A model generated the notes under the pieces. It ran no database searches. It saw only the letters and a program-made list of their open reading frames with translations, and had not been told where the DNA came from. This document shows, one piece after another, positions 1 to 8,363 of a DNA stretch of 29,090 bases (positions within the stretch are counted from its first letter, which is position 1; each line of letters begins with the position of its first letter). The position numbers were made by a program, and so were the translations under genes. Origin of the DNA: Nitrosopumilus sp. (GTDB lineage Archaea > Thermoproteota > Nitrososphaeria > Nitrososphaerales > Nitrosopumilaceae); the NCBI GenBank assembly GCA_965218695.1, contig CBDCLR010000003.1, forward strand, positions 1 through 29,090, read 5' to 3'.

Positions 1-1
1 C

Positions 2-136
2 TACATATACTGCCCAGGCAGGCATCCCATGATCCACAAGAACCTGCCCAAATGCAACCAAAACCCACAATCCCCAGACTGCAAAGTGGTGTATTCAATA
101 CCGGCAAACGTCGACAAGTGCAACATCTGTTTCTAG
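2..136 (+). CDS. 3' end of a Cys-rich hypothetical protein entering from outside the window
   Basis: Frame 2 is open from the window edge (YIYCPGRHP...KCNQ...DCK...KCNICF) to TAG at 134-136. The stop overlaps that of the convergent ORF within CTAG. Confidence 0.4.
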   Translation, partial: YIYCPGRHPMIHKNLPKCNQNPQSPDCKVVYSIPANVDKCNICF

Positions 137-387
137 TGGAGCTCCCATCTGAGGGTGATCGCCCCGTTGGGGCCGTCATCTAGTTTTTTGTTCAACGTCA
201 GGCCCTTCAAGTCGAACGTTATGTAGATGTATTGCCCGTCGTCCCCTTGGCAGCACTGGCGCGTTTTCAGCCTTACTTTGTTCAGCCCCGTGATTACCGG
301 AACGAACTCGGCGTCAATTTCGGCCATGCCCCAGCCAGGTATGTCGATGTGCGTCGAGGAGTGCCCGTTTCTTTTGTCGAGTGCCAC
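133..387 (-). CDS. small hypothetical protein with an ID-x8-LN-x5-T-x2-CCQG motif (weakly Tyw3-N-terminus-like)
   Basis: 84-aa ORF. The segment EIDAEFVPVITGLNKVRLKTRQCCQG resembles the ID..I..lv..lN..g..T..SC.G pattern of small mobile-element proteins. Confidence 0.5.
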   Translation of the reverse strand: MALDKRNGHSSTHIDIPGWGMAEIDAEFVPVITGLNKVRLKTRQCCQGDDGQYIYITFDLKGLTLNKKLDDGPNGAITLRWELH

Positions 388-454
388 TACAAAGCGTTGC
401 GTGTCGCGTCATAAAGGCAATATTTTCTATTTTCAGGTTTTTTGTTGCCGTCTT

Positions 455-1579
455 CTAGAGTTTGGCCAAGGCCGCGTTCTGGATGATGGTCTTCCACTTG
501 TTCGGGCCGTCGACCCATATCAGCGCGGCCTCGGCGGGTGTCATCCTGCCGATCCCGCCATGCTTCTTCGTGAAATTGTAATACGTCTGGAACCCGTCAA
601 AGAGCGGGCTGGTCGCCTTTTTGATTCCCCGGTACGCGATCTCGCGTTCCCTGACGGTGCCGTTGAGCCGCTCCATGCGGTTGTTGTTGCGGTCGCCCTT
701 CATGTGGATGTGCCTGATATGTACCGTGTCCTTCCACAAGAAGTTGCGCGCCTTGTAGTGGTCGCCCCAAGCCTCGTGGAAGTTTGCCGCCCCGTCGGAG
801 ATCAGCGTGGCCGGGACCTTGTCCGCGATCATGGCCGCCTCCCTGAACATGGGGGACACGTCCTCAGTGTCCTTGGTCTCCGCCACCAGCTTGGCGATCA
901 TGTACCGCGTGCCGTTGTCCATCATCGAATAGTAGTATTTCTGCTCGCCCGACACCTTCATGAAAATCTCGTCGGTCCTCCAGGTCTCCGACACCCTTGG
1001 AACGATCCCCTTCACGTACTCGTTGGTCATTCGGGAGTATTTCTCGACCCACCTGTATACCGTCATGTGCGACACCCTGACATCCTCCTGTTCGAAGCAG
1101 TCCGCAATGTCCCGGACGGACATGCCGGAATAGTACATCTGCAGCGCCCTCGTGATTACCACGTCCTTGGATCTCATCCTCTCAAAGCCGGGGTTCATGG
1201 TGAACCTCTTCTTGCAGTCGAGACACTTGTACTGTTGCGTGTCACCCTTCCTGTTCTTCCTGATGCCGTCCTTCTTGAGTCTGCCGGAATCGCAGAACTT
1301 GCACAGTGTGAATTCAGACCGGGCCATCATCCTGAAGCCGTCGTCCGTACCGACCAGATTCTTCCTGATCTGTTCCAGCACGACCTTGATGTGCTTGCAG
1401 TCGGCCTTTCTAGTCTGATGGTCTGGGCACTCGCATACCAAGCCGTTGCTCGTCCTGGATACGATATAGGATTTTTCGGGGTCTGTCTGGGATCGTACCC
1501 TGAATTCGTCGTTGGTGATTTGGGCGGCAAAGCAGGGCTGCTCCATCATCTCTTTTGCGCGGCGTGTGCGGGCGTTCAT
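455..1579 (-). CDS. IS6-like DDE transposase with an N-terminal SWIM finger and a second Zn ribbon
   Basis: SWIM motif CECPDH...CKH, Zn ribbon CKFC...CLDC, HTH (GMSVRDIADC...SHMTVYRWV) and DDE residues WRTDE / LISDG / NNRMERLNG. The start is moved from 1774 to ATG 1579, which has GGTG upstream. Confidence 0.88.
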   Translation of the reverse strand: MNARTRRAKEMMEQPCFAAQITNDEFRVRSQTDPEKSYIVSRTSNGLVCECPDHQTRKADCKHIKVVLEQIRKNLVGTDDGFRMMARSEFTLCKFCDSGRLKKDGIRKNRKGDTQQYKCLDCKKRFTMNPGFERMRSKDVVITRALQMYYSGMSVRDIADCFEQEDVRVSHMTVYRWVEKYSRMTNEYVKGIVPRVSETWRTDEIFMKVSGEQKYYYSMMDNGTRYMIAKLVAETKDTEDVSPMFREAAMIADKVPATLISDGAANFHEAWGDHYKARNFLWKDTVHIRHIHMKGDRNNNRMERLNGTVREREIAYRGIKKATSPLFDGFQTYYNFTKKHGGIGRMTPAEAALIWVDGPNKWKTIIQNAALAKL

Positions 1580-1713
1580 GCAGCCGCCCACCTGAAAATC
1601 AATATTGAGTGAAAAGAGGCCGGATTCAAGGATCCGGAATAACAGGCTCTGACTCTCATCATCGGTCCGTTTGGGCCTTTGACTTCGTTCTTCCTCATTG
1701 TCCTTCCCACCAT
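1576..1713 (-). CDS. possible 45-aa leader ORF coupled to the transposase
   Basis: MVGRTMRKNEVKGP...FRWAAA*. Its TGA overlaps the transposase ATG (ATGA), and a TTTATATA box (1749-1742, minus strand) lies about 30 nt upstream. Confidence 0.25.
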   Translation of the reverse strand: MVGRTMRKNEVKGPNGPMMRVRACYSGSLNPASFHSILIFRWAAA

Positions 1714-1723
1714 CCTCACATAG

Positions 1724-1814
1724 TAGGTAAATATATTGACATATATAAACTATAGGTAAATTAATTGACCACATATAGGTAAATTAATATGATATACAGA
1801 TTATTTACCTATAT
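1724..1814. promoter_or_regulatory. divergent promoter region with repeated TAGGTAAAT operator-like boxes
   Basis: TAGGTAAAT at 1724-1732; TATAGGTAAATTAAT at 1751-1765 and 1774-1788; inverted copy ATTTACCTATAT at 1803-1814. TATA-like boxes occur on both strands. Confidence 0.65.
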
Positions 1815-2010
1815 GGCAAGAATGTCCGACAACGAGACCATAGCATCGTTGGCAGTATCTCATAGCAGCTCCCTGCGAACGACCATTCCCATTCATATCG
1901 TCAGAAAGCTGGTTCTTGCCAGTGGCGATCACATCGTATGGGATATTGATAAGATCGAAGGCGAGTGGATCGCCACAATCAGGAAGAAGGAGCTATCGCA
2001 AAGGGCCTGA
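1813..2010 (+). CDS. AbrB/MazE/SpoVT-family DNA-binding protein
   Basis: SLRTTIPIHIVRKLVLASGDHIVW is a swapped-hairpin signature. ATG 1813 lies about 25 nt after TTAATA, suggesting a leaderless start. Confidence 0.8.
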   Translation: MARMSDNETIASLAVSHSSSLRTTIPIHIVRKLVLASGDHIVWDIDKIEGEWIATIRKKELSQRA

Positions 2011-2059
2011 TGCATCTTGGTGACCTGTAGCTTGGCGGCGCATTGGTGACCTGCCGCGT

Positions 2060-2165
2060 TCAGACACCGGACTTTGCATCCGCCTGAATGAACGTCTTCC
2101 ACTTGTTGTCGCCCTCGATGCGGATGCCCGTGGCCTCGTAGGGGGTCATTGTTGCCAAGCAGGCT
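2060..2165 (-). pseudogene. C-terminal remnant of a second IS6-like transposase
   Basis: Translates MTPYEATGIRIEGDNKWKTFIQA, matching the tail MTPAEAALIWVDGPNKWKTIIQN of 455..1579. Confidence 0.7.
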
Positions 2166-2711
2166 CAAGAACGGGCAGGCCGGCAAGGGCAGTCAAGCTG
2201 GCACCTAGATCCGTGCTGGCCAAAAACCCAAGCGCGGATCCTCCGGTATTCCCACAGCGCACCTGACGCACCATGCCGACTTGCGGACTTTTGGCGGGCT
2301 TGGGTACGCGATCTGCGGTGCCAGATCAGGCAGGTTGCGGCCGCGCAAGCACTAGGCGCCAAATTTTACAGCCCCACAAGGTTCATCGGGGGTAGCCACG
2401 CGGCAGGCATCTTGGCCATGTACCAGTCGCCTAATTTTACATCCCCTCCGAGGCGCCAGTAGCTTTACAGCTCTTGACCTAAATCTCCTCCAAGGTGCTG
2501 GTAAACGCGGCTCTTGCGGATTCCTTAAACTGCGCGAGGATGCCATTCCGGTATCGTGACTGCATGCAAGAATCGCCATTCTGATGGCAATTTTCAGGAA
2601 TGCAATTCTGCCCGAACCTCTGCCGGATCCGGCGGCATCGTGAGCACATCTGGGCTAACTGGGTGAGCGGATTGTTCTTGCCGCTACCATACGTAACAAC
2701 CTCGCTTTGAG

Positions 2712-2727
2712 CGAAACTAATTTTAAT
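2712..2727 (+). promoter_or_regulatory. archaeal BRE/TATA-like promoter of the ParB operon
   Basis: CGAAACTAATTTTAAT; the TTTTAA box lies 23-28 nt upstream of GTG 2749. Confidence 0.45.
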
Positions 2728-2748
2728 GGGTACAAAACGATTTACCAT

Positions 2749-3600
2749 GTGGCTGTTAAGAGGATCGGATATTATGAAATCGATTTGGATTTGATAGAAA
2801 GGGCCAGATCACAAGCAAGACAGGAGAAAACCAATGTTGGTATTGAGGAACTGGCTCTGAGCATAAAGGTTCAGGGACTGATGGAACCCGTACATCTTGT
2901 GAAAATTGATAATAGAAAATACGAGTTGATAGACGGACAGAGACGCTTTCATGCATTTGGCATGCTCCGGGATAAAAACCCAAGGGAGTTTTCTAAGATT
3001 CCAAGTTTTTGCTATGAGGACACAATGGAGGACTGGGAGAAAAAATCCTTTTCATTAAACGCAAACCTCACTCAGGCCCCGATGACTGAGATGGACAAGG
3101 TCAATGCAGTGACATCAGTGTATAATCATTTTGAAAGCGTCCGCAATACGGTAAAGGCCACCGGACTGTCCGATTACATCGTCAGGAAATATGTAAAGGT
3201 GAACCGGCTTCCCCCGCCATTAAAGGCCGCAGTTGATAACGGAGAAATAAAACTTACAGCTGCTTTGGATGCGGCTGACATACATGACTATGATGCCGAT
3301 GATCCGGGCGGTGCAGACGTACCCGTAATAGTTGCCACTGCAAGGGAAATGCAAACGCTTGCGGGAAAACAAAAGAAGCGGGTTAAGGAAAGAAAGAATG
3401 AGCAGCCCGAGAAGCCGGTGGATGAAATCATTAAGGAAGTTAAGAATATCCAGCGCAGGACCCGTCAAATTACAATAACGATAGAATCGGACACGTATGA
3501 GAGAGTTGGTGTGTATAAGGACACAAGGGATGACATTGACACGATTCCATTGGCGGCCGCTGAACTTGTGGAAGAAGGCCTGACAGCTAACCACCTATAA
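2749..3600 (+). CDS. ParB/Srx-fold protein with HTH and a possible C-terminal ribbon-helix-helix
   Basis: EELALSIKVQGLMEPV and YELIDGQRR (ParB arginine patch), SLNANL, HTH VRNTVKATGLSDYIVRKY, tail RQITITIESDTYERV. GTG 2749 is preferred over TTG 2707 because of promoter spacing. Confidence 0.85.
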   Translation: MAVKRIGYYEIDLDLIERARSQARQEKTNVGIEELALSIKVQGLMEPVHLVKIDNRKYELIDGQRRFHAFGMLRDKNPREFSKIPSFCYEDTMEDWEKKSFSLNANLTQAPMTEMDKVNAVTSVYNHFESVRNTVKATGLSDYIVRKYVKVNRLPPPLKAAVDNGEIKLTAALDAADIHDYDADDPGGADVPVIVATAREMQTLAGKQKKRVKERKNEQPEKPVDEIIKEVKNIQRRTRQITITIESDTYERVGVYKDTRDDIDTIPLAAAELVEEGLTANHL

Positions 3601-3601
3601 A

Positions 3602-4372
3602 TTGTCAATCTTAAATGATCCACGGCGTTTAGCTAAGTTAAGCTATAGCATAGGCACACGTACACATGGTGAGAGGCCTATGACCCCAATACAGGTGGCA
3701 CGTGCAATTAAAGATTTGAAGGAAGCGAGTGGGGACAGTTTGGGCCATATTGCCAAAAAAAGACTACATGTCACTCTAGATACGTGTAATCTGTTTTTGT
3801 CCTTCTTAGATCTTCCACGAGAATTGGTAGGAATGTTCCATTTTGGTCCCGCAGACGGTAGCGGAAGAATGCCCTTTTCTTTAGCCAAATGGATTGCGCC
3901 CAACCTCAAAGATAACAAGCTTACAAAAGATCATGTGGATCTTCTCAAGGGAGCCATGCTGGATCCCGACAAACCTGCAACACGAGATGATATAATCGCG
4001 ATGATTAACTGCATGACAAAGAATCCGGAAAAATCAGGGAACCAGTGTATACAGGAGATAATGAATATGACTCCTGAAATTGTACGCGGGTATCTGGTAA
4101 TCACCGACATTGACCCGGAGATCGTCTTGGAGATTCGTAAGGAGAGTGAAAAATCAGGCATACCGGAACATGGTGTACTTTTGTCGAAACTTTCAAAGCA
4201 TTTTTCAGAGAATTCCATTGAAGGCGTGAGGGTAAAAAACGACAAGTTCATACAGATTTCATTTGATGGGAATGGGCATGACGAATTCTATAACATAGCG
4301 AAAAAGGAAGACATATCCGCAAACGAGCTGGTAAACCACATTCTGTCCAAAGAGGTCACGATCCGTGAATGA
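3602..4372 (+). CDS. hypothetical protein resembling the ParB central HTH region but lacking the NTPase domain; RHH-like tail
   Basis: MTPIQVARAI...LGHIAKK...FLSFLDLP resembles the ParB LnpiEeA..y..L...lA..lg...v...LrLl.LP pattern. It starts 1 nt after the upstream stop and ends FIQISFD...IAKKEDISANELVNHIL. Confidence 0.6.
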   Translation: MSILNDPRRLAKLSYSIGTRTHGERPMTPIQVARAIKDLKEASGDSLGHIAKKRLHVTLDTCNLFLSFLDLPRELVGMFHFGPADGSGRMPFSLAKWIAPNLKDNKLTKDHVDLLKGAMLDPDKPATRDDIIAMINCMTKNPEKSGNQCIQEIMNMTPEIVRGYLVITDIDPEIVLEIRKESEKSGIPEHGVLLSKLSKHFSENSIEGVRVKNDKFIQISFDGNGHDEFYNIAKKEDISANELVNHILSKEVTIRE

Positions 4373-5447
4373 GGATGCCGCAAAAAAGTATGCGCAGATA
4401 AAGCAGGACGGTTCCATCCTGTTGGGAAACAATACTGTCTGTGACGGCGCAGACTCTGACAGGAAGATCGGGATCTTTACACATATTCACAGAGATCATA
4501 CAAAGTTATTCAACAGGGCAATGCACGAATGCTCACAGATTTTCGTATCCCCTCCCACATTGGATTTGTTGGCGGCATTGGATCAAGATTTTGCCAACAG
4601 TGTCTCAGCCGAATGTTATTTCAAAGGGCGCCACATACACCCGTTGGATTTTGGCACCCCAAAAGTGCCAAAAATAAATGATGCGTACGGGGACAGGATA
4701 ACCCTGTTTGAATCAAAGCACATCTTGGGCTCGTCTCAGGTGCTGGTTGAGACTGCAGATGGTACAAGAATTGTATATACCGGGGATTTTGGTCCCGATG
4801 CGACACCAATCCCGTGTGACATCCTGGTGATTGACTCCACTCACGGAGACCCCATGTTTAACACCGCCGTTGACAGGGAAAGTCTGGAACGAAGACTGGT
4901 GGATTATGTTGAAGATGAAATTCAAAGGGGGAAAAGCATTATGATCCGGGCCCACAGGGGGAGACTGCAATACATCATGCATCTGCTGTCAGAAGCAATA
5001 CCCAGAGCGATAAAATTCTTGTGTCATCCCACCGACATCAAGCTGATCAACGTGTATGAAAAATATGGGATGCCCATCAGGGAGTGTATAAGCTTCAAAA
5101 GCGGTATCGGGCAGGACATACACGATGGCAATACCCAGTATGTGGAGTTCCGCAGTCACGGGCAGGGAGAAAATTTTCTGGAGGTTACTGGCAAAATGAC
5201 GGTCTTCAGCATGGGAGGCAGGTATCTTGGCGGAGGAACGGTAATCAAGCACAATCCCTCCTGCGACTATAGCCTTGAGTTCATGGACCATGCCAATTAT
5301 GATTCAATTATAGAATATGTGAGAAAAGCCGATCCAAAGTACGTGGTCACGGACCATGTCAGGGGCAAACAGGGTGAAAAACTGGCAAGGGATCTTAACG
5401 CCAGGGGGTTCAAGACCATCTCATATGCTCTCAATGATATGTCATGA
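4365..5447 (+). CDS. metallo-beta-lactamase / beta-CASP family nuclease
   Basis: Motifs THIHRDH (HxHxDH), HILGSS, VYTGD, IDSTHG and MDHANY. It overlaps the upstream gene by 8 nt. Confidence 0.85.
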   Translation: MNEDAAKKYAQIKQDGSILLGNNTVCDGADSDRKIGIFTHIHRDHTKLFNRAMHECSQIFVSPPTLDLLAALDQDFANSVSAECYFKGRHIHPLDFGTPKVPKINDAYGDRITLFESKHILGSSQVLVETADGTRIVYTGDFGPDATPIPCDILVIDSTHGDPMFNTAVDRESLERRLVDYVEDEIQRGKSIMIRAHRGRLQYIMHLLSEAIPRAIKFLCHPTDIKLINVYEKYGMPIRECISFKSGIGQDIHDGNTQYVEFRSHGQGENFLEVTGKMTVFSMGGRYLGGGTVIKHNPSCDYSLEFMDHANYDSIIEYVRKADPKYVVTDHVRGKQGEKLARDLNARGFKTISYALNDMS

Positions 5448-6814
5448 CAGTGCTGAAGGACGTCCTGAAAGATCTTCTGATGGGTTCAATGGATGATTTT
5501 TTCTCAAATATTGGGTCAAAGGAACTAAAAAAATACCAGCACGATACATACCTGCCCGTATTCAAAAGCGGCGGAGGCTTTGATGATCAGGAAAGGATAA
5601 CCCGTGTCAACGTGAAACAGATGATCCGTGACTGTGATATGGAGTCAAAACCGTACTACAGGAATGCATTTGCCGAACTGCAAGTGGCGGTGTCGGGGGA
5701 ATGTGGGAAATGGAACCGGCAAGATCCCGAGGAGATTACTCGTGTGGGGCTGCGGGATTTCATGATATCGTACTTTGATGATGCTGGCTTTGTGGAATTT
5801 GATGAGACAAAATTCTTGTGTCATTTTCAGATTTTTGAGAGATATCTGACGGCCGAACTGAATACACGCTACTGCTTTGCGACACTGCTTAACTTCAACG
5901 GGGACTTTAAGGAACTGACTCTGGACAACGATCTTCATATTAGGAAGATAACTTCAGACGAGTTTGCAACGATTTCGGGAATTGAAAACCACAGTGAAAA
6001 AATAGATGTTGATCCCGCATTGTTTAAGATAAAATATGTCATAGGAAAGACCATTGACGGCACCAGAGTCCGGGAGCCAAACGTGCTGAAGCTGTTTGAA
6101 AAAACACTTGACGCGTTCAAAGTGTTCCAGAATGGGAACGTCCAGCTCGGCGGGCTGTACTTCAGAGATTCGGAATTCTGGAAGATCAAGCCCACCTATG
6201 TCCTACGCCGGGAGCCACGTACACTGCCTACTGAGGAGTATGTCCTGAACAGCGGCAAGGAATTGAATGATTTCATACGGTTTCATAAAAAGTTCCTCGG
6301 CATCAATTTCACAAAGGGAGAATACACGTTTCTTGACAGGTCAATCAGACGGTTTTCCAGTGCGATTGAGGACTCGCCTGAGGAAAGCATTGTGGATTTT
6401 GTGATAAGCCTAGAGTCCCTCTATACCTCCAACGAGCTTGAACTGTCATACAAGTTCTCGTTGAGGGTTGCCGTCCTTTTGGGCACAAGTCCTAGGGAAA
6501 TGGTCGGTCTCCAGCGCATGATGCATGACATATACAACATGCGCAGCAAGATTGTCCACGGAGACGAGATTCCGTCACAGATCAGGCTGGAGAAAAAATC
6601 ACTGGAGATGGGACAGGCAGTGGCTATCTTGGAACATGTCTCACGAAACTCGATAATGATATTTCTGGAACTGTTGGAGAAATATGGGTCAAGGGACATC
6701 ATACATCGGAACATTGAAGCCGCTATATTTGACAGCGAGGTCAGGTCCAAGATTTCCCACGTTATAGAGTCCTCCGAATACATTGATTTGAAATTTTTGG
6801 AAGAACTAATATGA
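5444..6814 (+). CDS. ApeA-like HEPN domain protein (putative RNase effector)
   Basis: IVDFVISLESLY...ELSYKFSLRVAVLL...IYNMRSKIVHG carries the Rx4H motif. ATGA overlap with the MBL gene. Confidence 0.82.
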   Translation: MTVLKDVLKDLLMGSMDDFFSNIGSKELKKYQHDTYLPVFKSGGGFDDQERITRVNVKQMIRDCDMESKPYYRNAFAELQVAVSGECGKWNRQDPEEITRVGLRDFMISYFDDAGFVEFDETKFLCHFQIFERYLTAELNTRYCFATLLNFNGDFKELTLDNDLHIRKITSDEFATISGIENHSEKIDVDPALFKIKYVIGKTIDGTRVREPNVLKLFEKTLDAFKVFQNGNVQLGGLYFRDSEFWKIKPTYVLRREPRTLPTEEYVLNSGKELNDFIRFHKKFLGINFTKGEYTFLDRSIRRFSSAIEDSPEESIVDFVISLESLYTSNELELSYKFSLRVAVLLGTSPREMVGLQRMMHDIYNMRSKIVHGDEIPSQIRLEKKSLEMGQAVAILEHVSRNSIMIFLELLEKYGSRDIIHRNIEAAIFDSEVRSKISHVIESSEYIDLKFLEELI

Positions 6815-6840
6815 TGTCTTAAAACCCGCGATGTTTACCA

Positions 6841-7995
6841 CTATGTGACGATTCCTTTGAGGGCCGTTACTGTCTTGCATATTGCCTTGGTGCAGTAGTC
6901 TATCTCCGTCTCCTCATTGAAACGGCCGAGACCGATGCGTATTGAAGAATGCGCATGGTCGCTGTCATACCCCAGTGCCAAGAGCACGTGTGACGGCTCC
7001 ACAGTCTGTGTGGTGCATGCGGATCCTGCGGAGATCGCAATCTCCTTTGATACCGAGTTGATTATCGCCTTGCTCTCTACTCCTGCAAAGCACACGTTGA
7101 GGTTGTGTGACAGTCTGAATGCCCTGTCACCGTTCAGCGTCCCGCCTGACTTTTCAAAGATCTCAAGCATCCCGTCAGTCCACCTTCTGAACCTCTCGTT
7201 TTCTTTATCCATCTCCCTTACAGCAATCTCCGCCGCTCTACCAAAGCCCACAATTCCCGGGACGTTGTGGGTGCCGGAACGTATGCTTCTCTCTTGCCCC
7301 CCTCCGTACATTATGGGATCCGGCCTGATCCTTGGCCTCAGCCCGCGTATGTACAGCGCACCTATGCCCTTGGGACCATACATCTTGTGTGCGGAAAACG
7401 ACATCAGGTCGATGTTCATCGCATCCACGTCAATAGGGATGTGCCCCACAGCCTGTGCCGCATCGGTGTGGAAGATTACGTTGTTCTCATGGGCAATCCT
7501 GCCAATCTCTGCAATGTCTGCTATGGTCCCGATCTCGTTGTTTGCTGCCATTATCGATATCATCACGGTGTTTTTGGTGATTGCCCCTGACAGATCCTCG
7601 ATGTTGAACCGACCGCACCTGTCCACCGGCATGTATGTCACCTCCTTGCCAATGCCTTCAAGATGCTGCGCGGTATCCAGTATAGCTTTGTGCTCGGTGG
7701 TACACGTGATGAAGTGATTACCCCTGTCTGCATACCTTGACATTGTTCCAAGTAGCGCAATATTGTTTGATTCTGTGGCTCCGGATGTGAACACAATCTC
7801 ATCATTTCTTGCATTAACCATGTTTGCGATCCTGTCCCTTGCATCCTCAACTGCGACTGAGGCGTCATGCCCGTATGAGTGGTCTAGGCTTGAGGCGTTG
7901 CCGAACTTTTCGGTAAGATATGGCATCATTGCCTCCAGCACCCGGGAGTCAAGCGGCGTGCTCGCATGGTGATCAAGGTATATTGGGTGGCTCAT
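6841..7995 (-). CDS. dndA: cysteine desulfurase DndA (IscS/NifS group I)
   Basis: IYLDHHASTP, SGATESNN, HTDAAQ, SAHKMYGPKG (PLP Lys) and SAGSACT (catalytic Cys). ATGA-coupled to dndE. Confidence 0.92.
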   Translation of the reverse strand: MSHPIYLDHHASTPLDSRVLEAMMPYLTEKFGNASSLDHSYGHDASVAVEDARDRIANMVNARNDEIVFTSGATESNNIALLGTMSRYADRGNHFITCTTEHKAILDTAQHLEGIGKEVTYMPVDRCGRFNIEDLSGAITKNTVMISIMAANNEIGTIADIAEIGRIAHENNVIFHTDAAQAVGHIPIDVDAMNIDLMSFSAHKMYGPKGIGALYIRGLRPRIRPDPIMYGGGQERSIRSGTHNVPGIVGFGRAAEIAVREMDKENERFRRWTDGMLEIFEKSGGTLNGDRAFRLSHNLNVCFAGVESKAIINSVSKEIAISAGSACTTQTVEPSHVLLALGYDSDHAHSSIRIGLGRFNEETEIDYCTKAICKTVTALKGIVT

Positions 7996-8363
7996 GCCTT
8001 CACGTCCAGCAGTCCCTCAAAGTCTGCCAACCCCCCTATGCGAGGAAACAGCATTCCGGCGCCCCGGTTCAGGTGTGCCCTTATCATCCTGTCGGCATGG
8101 GTGTCGTAATCCAGTCCGTCATCATCAAGTCTCTGCTGGAACAGTGTCGAGAACAGTGCCTCGGTCCTTCCAAACAGTATGTGCGGCAACAGCTCCATGC
8201 CCTTCTCGTCATACATGTCCGGATTCGGAATGCTTGGGTCACGAAGCGATAGGCACATCCCGAACCTTGCCAGGACGTTGATGGGCATCCTCGTCCTGTG
8301 CTTCAGCTGCCCCAGATGGTTCTGGGAGCGTATGGAGAGCCTGAACCTACCCAGCCGATACAA
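7992..8363 (-). CDS. dndE: DNA sulfur modification protein DndE
   Basis: RFRLSIRSQNHLGQLKHRTRMPINVLARFGMCLSL...RAHLNRG, with DndE size and position. TTG 8363 follows GGAGG at 8373-8369; TTG 8375 is the alternative start. Confidence 0.88.
   Translation of the reverse strand: MYRLGRFRLSIRSQNHLGQLKHRTRMPINVLARFGMCLSLRDPSIPNPDMYDEKGMELLPHILFGRTEALFSTLFQQRLDDDGLDYDTHADRMIRAHLNRGAGMLFPRIGGLADFEGLLDVKA

Noticed and set aside
227-1612. 461-aa plus-strand ORF
   Set aside because: Antisense shadow of the IS6-like transposase, with no recognisable motifs.
2355-2473. Three AATTTTACA(G/T)CCCC-like motifs as iterons or parS sites
   Set aside because: They are degenerate, irregularly spaced and adjacent to a transposase remnant, so they are more likely decayed IS ends. 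A function cannot be supported.
6841-7995. Housekeeping iscS
   Set aside because: It is translationally coupled to dndE with no iscU/suf neighbours, so dndA is the better call.
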